Origin: a bacterium | Lineage (GTDB): Bacteria; CALINM01 | NCBI GenBank assembly: GCA_041640455.1 | Contig: JBEQAF010000033.1 | Location: 1 to 21,141, forward strand | Length of the DNA stretch: 21,141 nt | Direction of reading: 5' to 3' | Part shown: positions 11,673 to 18,768 of the stretch, piece by piece | Numbering within the stretch: position 1 is the first letter of the stretch | Layout: each line of letters starts with the position of its first letter | The notes under the pieces: generated by a model | Told to the model about the DNA's origin: nothing | The model's database searches: none | The model's input: only the letters and a program-made list of their open reading frames with translations | Position numbers and translations under genes: made by a program

Positions 11673-12443
11673 ATGAAAATTGCCATATCAGGAAAGGGTG
11701 GAGTAGGGAAAACTACCCTGGCAGGTTGTCTGGCAAGATATATTGCTGATATAAATTACAAAGTCCTTGCAATTGATGCAGATCCAGATGCGAATCTTGC
11801 CTCTGCCATTGGTATTGACAGGGAGTTGTTAAAAGACATTAAACCCATATCTGAGATGAAAGATCTTATATCGGAAAGAACCGGAACAAAACCCGGGACT
11901 TTTGGCGGTATGTTTATATTAAACCCCAAAGTTGATGATCTGCCAGACCGATTCAGCATAAATTATAAAGGTGTAAAGATGATGTTACTTGGAACTGTTG
12001 AAACTGCCGGTTCTGGCTGTTTTTGTCCCGAGAATACATTATTAAAAGCTTTGCTTAGACATCTTTTTGTTGCCAGGGATGAGGTAGTAATAGTTGATAT
12101 GGAGGCAGGTCTGGAACATTTAAGCAGAGGAACTACTGCTTATGTAAATAAATTTATCGTTGTTGTTGAACCAGGAAAGCGCAGTTTTCAGACTGCAAGA
12201 CAGATTAAGGATCTTGCGAGAGAGCTTAGCATAAAGGATGTCTGGATAGTGGGGAACAAAATAAGATCTGAAGAAGATAAGGAGCTTATAAAAAAGGAGC
12301 TCAATGATTTTAAAATACTTGGTTTTCTTTCCTATAACGATAAGATAATTGAATCTGACAAACAGGGTGTTTCTCCTTACGATCTGTCTGATCAGCTTAA
12401 GAAAGAGATTGAGACAATCTGGGAGAATATAAATAATTTATAA
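11673..12443 (+). CDS. cooC: CooC/AcsF-family nickel-insertion ATPase (CO dehydrogenase/ACS maturation)
   Basis: Deviant Walker A GKGGVGKTT, IDADPDANL, metal-binding GSGCFCPEN (CxC), VDMEAGLEHLSRGT; SD GGAGG. Confidence 0.9.
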   Translation: MKIAISGKGGVGKTTLAGCLARYIADINYKVLAIDADPDANLASAIGIDRELLKDIKPISEMKDLISERTGTKPGTFGGMFILNPKVDDLPDRFSINYKGVKMMLLGTVETAGSGCFCPENTLLKALLRHLFVARDEVVIVDMEAGLEHLSRGTTAYVNKFIVVVEPGKRSFQTARQIKDLARELSIKDVWIVGNKIRSEEDKELIKKELNDFKILGFLSYNDKIIESDKQGVSPYDLSDQLKKEIETIWENINNL

Positions 12444-12447
12444 AATA

Positions 12448-12678
12448 TTATTTGCGTTTATGACAGAGTAGGCATCTCTCTTTTTTGGGATGCTTATCAG
12501 GTAGGGGCATTTTCCCTTCCTTGCTATGACAGTTTGTACAGGTCTTTTCATCGTTCATATCTTTGTGAATATCATCCAGCGGCAGTCTTGGGGTAGTTTG
12601 TGGCGGAGCCACAAAAAGGACTAAAATGACAAGAAACCCGATTACGATAAAAGCTATATCCCATTTTTTAATCTTCAT
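12448..12678 (-). CDS. Small membrane-anchored diheme c-type cytochrome (76 aa)
   Basis: N-terminal hydrophobic anchor; two CxxCH motifs (CTNCH, CLLCH); two extra His (DDIH, DKHP) as candidate distal ligands. Confidence 0.85.
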   Translation of the reverse strand: MKIKKWDIAFIVIGFLVILVLFVAPPQTTPRLPLDDIHKDMNDEKTCTNCHSKEGKMPLPDKHPKKERCLLCHKRK

Positions 12679-12978
12679 TCATTTGCCTTTGACAATAAAA
12701 TTAAGCAAAAAAATAACAAGAATAAAAAGCGAAGTAACGGCAAAGATAATTATGCTAACAATCTTGTTATCTACAACAGGATTTATAACTGAATAAAAAA
12801 AGCCTGCAAAAAAAATGAAAGTTATAAATATTGTCTTAAAGAAAAATCCAAATCTTCCTGTTATCAGGAGGAGAAGTAAAAAAGCATAGTAGAGTGTTGA
12901 ATAAGGATTTGCTATAAATTCATCAAAATTTTTAGGTATGTATAAGAAAATACCCTTAAGATATTCAATAAATTCCAT
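12679..12978 (-). CDS. Hypothetical integral membrane protein (about 3 TM, 99 aa)
   Basis: Highly hydrophobic ORF whose stop abuts the cytochrome ATG; good promoter immediately upstream; no recognised motif. Confidence 0.7.
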   Translation of the reverse strand: MEFIEYLKGIFLYIPKNFDEFIANPYSTLYYAFLLLLLITGRFGFFFKTIFITFIFFAGFFYSVINPVVDNKIVSIIIFAVTSLFILVIFLLNFIVKGK

Positions 12979-12992
12979 AATTATTTAAACTC

Positions 12993-13021
12993 ATTTTAGA
13001 TAAATTGACATCATTTTGCAA
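12993..13021 (-). promoter_or_regulatory. Putative sigma70 promoter for membrane protein-cytochrome pair
   Basis: Minus strand TTGCAA (13021-13016)-17 bp-TAAAAT (12998-12993); predicted TSS about 8 nt before ATG 12978, with no SD. Confidence 0.55.
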
Positions 13022-13028
13022 TAACTTT

Positions 13029-13054
13029 TAATGAGACAAATAATGAGACAAATA
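13029..13054. repeat. Perfect 12-bp tandem direct repeat TAATGAGACAAA x2 (+TA)
   Basis: 13029-13040 and 13041-13052 are identical. Confidence 0.9.
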
Positions 13055-13090
13055 GGTAATGCCTCTGTTTTAAAATTTTATAAACAAATT

Positions 13091-13118
13091 TGTTTACATA
13101 ATATATCTTATACGTAAT
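13091..13118 (-). other. dif-like XerC/XerD recombination site (28 bp)
   Basis: Minus strand ATTACGTATAA-GATATA-TTATGTAAACA has the 11-6-11 layout with inner ATAA/TTAT inverted repeat. Right arm matches the B. subtilis dif arm TTATGTAAACT at 10/11; left arm resembles the XerC arm of pdif-type sites (ATTTCGTATAA). Intergenic. Confidence 0.85.
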
Positions 13119-13121
13119 AAC

Positions 13122-13814
13122 TTATTTTTTATGAAGGTCATCCATGTATAGTTTGTATAAGGCTATAGCACTTGCGCTTGACACATTAAGTGATGAGGCT
13201 TTATGGTTAAAATCTATTCTTATAACGTGGTCGCATAATTTTTTTGTAAGATGACTTAATCCTTTCCCCTCACTTCCTAAAACAAGAACCTTTTTTTTAT
13301 CAAATTTGATTTCTGAAAGCTCTCTATCCCCATCAGCTTCTAGTCCATAAATCTTAAAAAAATTATCTTTTAATGATCTGATACAGTTATTAATATTGAT
13401 AACTTTGGCTATATTTAATAGGATGGCTGCACCTGCTGATGTTTTTATAACTGCTGGAGTTATATCGCATGATCTATCTTTAGGGATAATAACCAGATCA
13501 ATACTAAAGGCAAGGGCGTTTCTTAAAATGGCTCCAAGATTTCTCGGATCTTCTATATGATCCAGTATTATTATATTGTTAACCCTGTCATAGATGTTAT
13601 CAAAATCAGCATAGGGATAATGGGAGATACTACAGGCAATACCCTGATGCTCTCTGGATCTGGTTAGGTGTTCCATTTCATCTTTTTTTAAAAACTTAAT
13701 TTTGAATTTTTTAAGCTGGTCAATAGCTAATTCCCTTGATAAGTATAATTCCTTTACAAGTTCTGGTTTGTATTTAACAATATTTAATACGGGGTGATAT
13801 CCGTAAACGATCAT
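13122..13814 (-). CDS. rlmB: 23S rRNA (Gm2251) 2'-O-methyltransferase, TrmH/SpoU family
   Basis: VYGYHPV, HQGI, DHIEDPRNLGAILR, VLGSEGKG, SLNVS SPOUT motifs. Confidence 0.9.
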   Translation of the reverse strand: MIVYGYHPVLNIVKYKPELVKELYLSRELAIDQLKKFKIKFLKKDEMEHLTRSREHQGIACSISHYPYADFDNIYDRVNNIIILDHIEDPRNLGAILRNALAFSIDLVIIPKDRSCDITPAVIKTSAGAAILLNIAKVININNCIRSLKDNFFKIYGLEADGDRELSEIKFDKKKVLVLGSEGKGLSHLTKKLCDHVIRIDFNHKASSLNVSSASAIALYKLYMDDLHKK

Positions 13815-14488
13815 AGAAATATTCTTTCCAGATAGCTAACAGGATCTGTGGCTTCAAGTACTGGTCTTCCTACAACTATAAAGTTAGCGCCTTTTGATAT
13901 GGCTTCAGAAGGTGTTAAGGTTCGTTTCTGATCATCGGCTGATATCTCTTTTCTTATACCTGGTGTAACAATAAGAAAGTTTTCTCCACAGATTTTTCTA
14001 ATTATTTCAATCTCTAAGGGTGAGGAGATTACTCCATCTATTCCACAGCTTTTGCCTAAATTTGCAAGATATGGGACAAAATCTGAAATATCTTTACTGA
14101 CACATATCTCTTTCAGATTTGAGTTATCCATGCTTGTCAAAACGGTTACTCCCAATAAATAGGGATGTTTATAGTTTTTTTTGATATGAACTGCCCTTTT
14201 TAACATCTCTGATCCGCCCATGATATGAAGGGTTAACATAAAAATATTGTTTTCTATGGCTGACTCAACCGCCTTTTCCACGGTGTTTGGAATATCAAAG
14301 AACTTTAGGTCAAGAAAAACATCATATCCTTTATCCTGTACTCTTTTTATTATATCTAATCCAAACTTTGTATAGCTCTGCATGCCAATTTTAAAGATCG
14401 ATACAATCCCTTTCAGATTAGCCAACAAATAGTCTATCTTGTTAATATCTACTGTATCCAGCGCGACTATAACCTTTTTGGTATCCAT
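13811..14488 (-). CDS. pyrF: Orotidine-5'-phosphate decarboxylase
   Basis: VALD, FLDLKFFDIPNTV, VTVLTS, VTPGIR, DDQKR, VVGRPV. Confidence 0.97.
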   Translation of the reverse strand: MDTKKVIVALDTVDINKIDYLLANLKGIVSIFKIGMQSYTKFGLDIIKRVQDKGYDVFLDLKFFDIPNTVEKAVESAIENNIFMLTLHIMGGSEMLKRAVHIKKNYKHPYLLGVTVLTSMDNSNLKEICVSKDISDFVPYLANLGKSCGIDGVISSPLEIEIIRKICGENFLIVTPGIRKEISADDQKRTLTPSEAISKGANFIVVGRPVLEATDPVSYLERIFL

Positions 14489-14508
14489 ATATTTCCTTAA
14501 TATTAATA

Positions 14509-16206
14509 TTATATCTGGTTTAAAAGCTCTTCAAATGTAATCAATTTTGCTGATTTATCCTTTCTTCTGACAAGCTCCAGCTTACCCTCTTTTTTAAAGG
14601 CGTTTCCTACATTAATTCTGTAAGGGATACCTATAAGATCGGCATCTTTAAATTTAACACCGGGTCTTTCGTCTCTATCATCTATAATCACTTCAACTGC
14701 TCTGTCGCAAAGGGCATTATATACCTTAAAAGCCATCTCCTTTATCTCTAAATCATTAATATTGGTGGGAACGATTATATAACTGTATGGTGCTATAGGT
14801 TCAGGGAATATTATGCCATCTTTATCGTGATTCTGTTCTATAGCTGCTGCTACAGTCCTGCCCACTCCGATACCGTAACAACCCATGACTATCAATACCT
14901 CTTCTCCTTTTTCATTGAGATATCTGGTATTTAAAGCTTTACTGTATTTAGTGCCAAGTTTAAAAATATGCCCCACTTCTATCCCTTTTTTTGAATATAA
15001 TTCGCCCTCTTCACATCTTGGACAGGGATCTCCATCTTTGGCATCGGAGACGTCGGCAAATAAATTAACCTTAAAGTCTCTGTCAAAGTTTGCATTTATC
15101 AGATGGTAGTCCCTTTGATTTGCACCAGTAACAAAATTTTTCAGTCCCTTTAGTGATATATCAGCTATTACATTAATATTTTTAACTCCATAGGGACCCA
15201 TAAAACCAACTGGAAGATTAAGTACATTTTCAATCTCATCTTCAGTGGCGGGTCTTATTTCATTGCCTCCCACAGCATTTTTTACCTTAATCTCATTACC
15301 TTCTCTATCGCCTCTGACAAGAACCATATAAAACACTGAATCTATCATGTATATCAACGTTTTAGCAGTTTTTTCAGGAGGTAGACCTAAAAAACTACTA
15401 ACTTCATCAATACTTTTCTTATCGGGTGTATAAACTTTTTCGAGATTTTTGAGCTCCTCGTCTGTTCTGTTTTTAAGATTAATCTTTTCTCCAACCTGAG
15501 CCTTTTCCCTGTTAGCTGCATAATTGCATCGGTTACAGAGCAGTATTGTATCCTCGCCCGTATCTGCCATAACCATAAATTCATGGGAGAAATTGCCGCC
15601 TATGGTACCCGTATCAGCCTCAACAGCTCTGAAATCAAGTCCGCATCTTTCAAAGATTCTGCAATAGGCATCATACATTTTCATATAGCTTTTTTCTGCA
15701 GACCTTTCATCTACATCAAAGCTGTAGCCATCTTTCATTATAAATTCCCTGGATCTCATGACTCCAAATCTTGGTCTTATCTCATCTCTAAATTTAGTCT
15801 GTATCTGGTAAAGATTTAATGGTAGTTCCCTGTATGATTTAATATGATTTCTTACTATATCGGTCACAACCTCTTCGTGAGTGGGACCATAACAGTAATC
15901 TCTTCCTAACCTATCCTTAAATCGTAAAAGCTCCTTTCCATAGAAACTCCATCTGCCACTCTCCTCCCAGAGCTCTCTGGGCTGTACAGAGGGCATAAGA
16001 ATCTCAATAGCCCCTGCTCTATTCATCTCTTCTCTGATAATGTTTTCAACCTTTCTTATAGCCTTTAAGCCATATGGCAGATAGGTGTAAATACCGCTTG
16101 TTAGCTTTCTGATCATACCAGCTCTGATCATCAGTTTGTGACTGATTACTTCGGCGTCTGATGGGTCTTCTTTAAGTGTGGGCAAGAAATACTCGGTAAA
16201 TCTCAT
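14509..16206 (-). CDS. proS: Prolyl-tRNA synthetase, bacterial type with INS editing domain
   Basis: GPTHEE, FRDEIRPRFGVMRSREF, GIEVGHIFKLGTKYS, MGCYGIGVGR, GVKFKDADLIGIP. Confidence 0.98.
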   Translation of the reverse strand: MRFTEYFLPTLKEDPSDAEVISHKLMIRAGMIRKLTSGIYTYLPYGLKAIRKVENIIREEMNRAGAIEILMPSVQPRELWEESGRWSFYGKELLRFKDRLGRDYCYGPTHEEVVTDIVRNHIKSYRELPLNLYQIQTKFRDEIRPRFGVMRSREFIMKDGYSFDVDERSAEKSYMKMYDAYCRIFERCGLDFRAVEADTGTIGGNFSHEFMVMADTGEDTILLCNRCNYAANREKAQVGEKINLKNRTDEELKNLEKVYTPDKKSIDEVSSFLGLPPEKTAKTLIYMIDSVFYMVLVRGDREGNEIKVKNAVGGNEIRPATEDEIENVLNLPVGFMGPYGVKNINVIADISLKGLKNFVTGANQRDYHLINANFDRDFKVNLFADVSDAKDGDPCPRCEEGELYSKKGIEVGHIFKLGTKYSKALNTRYLNEKGEEVLIVMGCYGIGVGRTVAAAIEQNHDKDGIIFPEPIAPYSYIIVPTNINDLEIKEMAFKVYNALCDRAVEVIIDDRDERPGVKFKDADLIGIPYRINVGNAFKKEGKLELVRRKDKSAKLITFEELLNQI

Positions 16207-17285
16207 TTTTTCCCTCCAGCTCTTTTTTTATCCAGATGATGAATCTCTTTTATAAACTCCTTTAGTAGTTTTTCCATATCGGTAATCCGCTTAACAACCT
16301 TACCCTCTATAAAGATAACACCTCCACTAATACTTCCAGCTATTCCAATATCAGCATCTCTTGCCTCACCAGGACCGTTAACCTCACAGCCCATAACCGC
16401 AATCTTTAAGGAGGTTTTTATGTATTTTAATTCCTTTTCAATTTTTTTTGCTATACCTATAACATCTATCTCTCTTCTGGCGCAGGTTGGACAGGATATT
16501 AATGTGGGACCTAACTCTCTGATTTTCAAGGAGTTAAGAATCTCCTTTGCTACCAGAATCTCCTTCTCGGGGCTGGCAGTCAGAGATACCCTCAATGTAT
16601 CTCCTATCCCCTTTAATAATAAATAGCCTATACCGATAGATGATCTGATTGTGCCTGAAAACTCAGTGCCCGCCTCAGTAATTCCAATATGAAGCGGATA
16701 ATCACTCTTTTCAGAAAACATCTCGTATGCTCTGACGGTGGTAATAATATCAGTGGATTTTAGTGATACCTTTATGTTAAAAAAGCCCTTATCTTCAAAA
16801 AATTTAATATACTCTATGGCGCTAAAAACGAGCCCTTCATGGATATTATTTTTAAATTTTTCTCTAATTTTATAATCTAATGAACCAGAATTAACACCAA
16901 TTCTAATTGATGTGTTATAATCTCTTGATATATTTATAATTTCAGTTAATTTGTTCTTGTTTTTAATATTTCCGGGGTTGATGCGGACACATTTGGCGCC
17001 TCTTTTAATAGACTCGATAGCTAATAGATAATCAAAGTGAATGTCTGCAATTAAGGGTATCTGAATTTTTTTAACGATCTCTCCCAGAGCAAGAGCTGAT
17101 TCCCTATCAGGTACTGCCACTCTTATAATTTCACAGCCAAACCTCTCAAGCTTTTTTATCTGACTGACCGTTGCTTTTACATCTTTAGTAAAGGTATTGG
17201 TCATAGACTGAATAGATAGGGGGGCATCTCCTCCAACTGCTACTGATCCAACAAATATCATTTTTGTGGGTCTTCTTTTAATCAT
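16203..17285 (-). CDS. ispG: (E)-4-hydroxy-3-methylbut-2-enyl diphosphate synthase (MEP pathway)
   Basis: IQSMTNT, ADIHFDY, RINPGN, RIGVNSGSL, PLHIGITEAG, CPTCAR, GCEVNGPGEA (4Fe-4S ligands). Confidence 0.98.
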   Translation of the reverse strand: MIKRRPTKMIFVGSVAVGGDAPLSIQSMTNTFTKDVKATVSQIKKLERFGCEIIRVAVPDRESALALGEIVKKIQIPLIADIHFDYLLAIESIKRGAKCVRINPGNIKNKNKLTEIINISRDYNTSIRIGVNSGSLDYKIREKFKNNIHEGLVFSAIEYIKFFEDKGFFNIKVSLKSTDIITTVRAYEMFSEKSDYPLHIGITEAGTEFSGTIRSSIGIGYLLLKGIGDTLRVSLTASPEKEILVAKEILNSLKIRELGPTLISCPTCARREIDVIGIAKKIEKELKYIKTSLKIAVMGCEVNGPGEARDADIGIAGSISGGVIFIEGKVVKRITDMEKLLKEFIKEIHHLDKKRAGGKK

Positions 17286-18768
17286 TTACTAATCCAAAAA
17301 ATCTCTTGAATCTATAAGATAGTCTTGTTTTTTCCGTAACAATTTTATCTTTTTTCTCCTTTTCTGTAAGGAAGGCTAAATTCTCTTCCTCTCTCTGATC
17401 CATTATCTTTGATAGCTTTTCAACCAGCTCTGGGGTATTTAATATAATATTTGAAAAAATTTCCTTTGTAATCTCAAAAAGAAGACTTTCTGTTCTTGCA
17501 ATTACCGTTGCCGATCGCTTTTCACCAGTAAGAAGTGAATGCTCACCAAAAAAATCGCCTTTTTTAAGCTCCCCTACCCTCTCATCATCTATATATACAT
17601 CAAGTAATCCTTCTCCTATGATAAAAAGAGAATCTCCAAAATCACCTTTTTTTACTATCGTCTCTCCGCTACCATAAGTTTTTTCTTTCAGATGCTTTAT
17701 AATATACTCAAGATCTTGTTCCTTAAGAAACTGAAAAATATAGCACTTTTCAATATAGGAACGGATTAGCTCATAGGATGTTTTATGAATTGATAGGGTT
17801 TTTCTAATAAGCTCTCTGTGGGGATAGGGAAAATCATAACCTTCTCTGATAACTGCATACCAGATATTGCTATAAATGGAGTCAAGTATCTGATCTTTAT
17901 ACCTAAAATCATTAATGTAGAATTTTATGCGATACTCTATTGAACTATCGGCATATCGGTTTAAATATATTTTAGGTTCAGGCTTTTTAAGAATACTCCT
18001 GTTGTTTTCAAGAACATTTTTTATAATGTTCTTTGCTTTGTCAGGAGCAAGCTCATATCTTAAGCCAATGGTGGCATAAAGTGCGAAATTCCCATTGTCC
18101 TTTTCAACCGAATAAATATTTATGGGGCTTTGGAGTATCTGATTGTTAGGTACTATAAAAAGAGTATTCTCAAGGGTTTTTAGAGTCAGATATCTAAACC
18201 CCACATTTACAATTTCACCATAAATGTCCTTATCCTTTACATAAATCCATTTCCCTTTTTTAAGATTTTTATCAATCTGAATTGAGAATCCAGAGACCAC
18301 ATTGGCAAGGGTACTCTGCATTGCAAATGCTATTGCGGCTGTTAAAACTGCTGATGTGGTTATTACAGAGGAAAGCTCAATATTGAAAACCAGACGGAGA
18401 GATATGATAGCAAATAGGAGATATATTATTAAGGTATATATGTCTTTTAAAAAATTTGGGGCATCTCCTTTCCATTTTATATTTAAAAAAAGCTCAACTA
18501 TTATGTATTTAACGAGGCTTGCCACACATATAAGTGTTATAAGGTTCTGGATAAGATGTGCGGTCTTGCCATATATGGGGACATCCTTAAGCTCATAGGC
18601 AAATAAAAGAAGAGTTATACCAAACAGTGACAGATTTATGGTCTTTGTGACCCCTTTTATAGGAACTTTTTTTCCTGATTTATTGAGAGAAAATATAACG
18701 ATAAAGAAGATCAGTATAAAAACAAGAACGCCCAGCTTGTTTAATATTATAAAATTTAGCTCGCTCAT
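17278..18768 (-). CDS. MscS-family channel with C-terminal cyclic-nucleotide-binding domain (bCNG-like)
   Basis: N-terminal TM helices, MscS pore region (TTSAVLTAAIAFAMQSTLANVVSG), G-V beta domain with VPNN, C-terminal CNBD with phosphate-binding cassette GDFFGEHSLLTGEKRSATV. Confidence 0.9.
   Translation of the reverse strand: MSELNFIILNKLGVLVFILIFFIVIFSLNKSGKKVPIKGVTKTINLSLFGITLLLFAYELKDVPIYGKTAHLIQNLITLICVASLVKYIIVELFLNIKWKGDAPNFLKDIYTLIIYLLFAIISLRLVFNIELSSVITTSAVLTAAIAFAMQSTLANVVSGFSIQIDKNLKKGKWIYVKDKDIYGEIVNVGFRYLTLKTLENTLFIVPNNQILQSPINIYSVEKDNGNFALYATIGLRYELAPDKAKNIIKNVLENNRSILKKPEPKIYLNRYADSSIEYRIKFYINDFRYKDQILDSIYSNIWYAVIREGYDFPYPHRELIRKTLSIHKTSYELIRSYIEKCYIFQFLKEQDLEYIIKHLKEKTYGSGETIVKKGDFGDSLFIIGEGLLDVYIDDERVGELKKGDFFGEHSLLTGEKRSATVIARTESLLFEITKEIFSNIILNTPELVEKLSKIMDQREEENLAFLTEKEKKDKIVTEKTRLSYRFKRFFGLVND

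Noticed and set aside
452..11959. Numerous antisense or alternative-frame ORFs (60-162 aa) inside nusG, rplA, rpoB, rpoC and cooC
   Set aside because: Shadows of conserved genes; no motifs or credible ribosome-binding sites.
11673..12443. ParA/MinD partition ATPase linked to dif
   Set aside because: Shares the deviant Walker A, but GCxCPEN and DMEAGLEHLSRGT are CooC-specific.
12620..12681. In-frame TGA-ATG junction suggesting selenocysteine or read-through fusion of the membrane protein and cytochrome
   Set aside because: No convincing SECIS-like hairpin after the TGA, and the cytochrome has its own basic N-terminus and membrane anchor; translational coupling is simpler.
13029..13054. Tandem repeat as a CRISPR remnant
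   Set aside because: Only two adjacent 12-bp units, no spacers and no cas genes.
7881..17579. KOPS octamers (GGGNAGGG) as support for dif polarity
   Set aside because: By eye only three were found: 11067-11074 (+) and 17572-17579 (-) point toward dif, but 7881-7888 (-) points away. Too few, and this lineage's KOPS motif is unknown.
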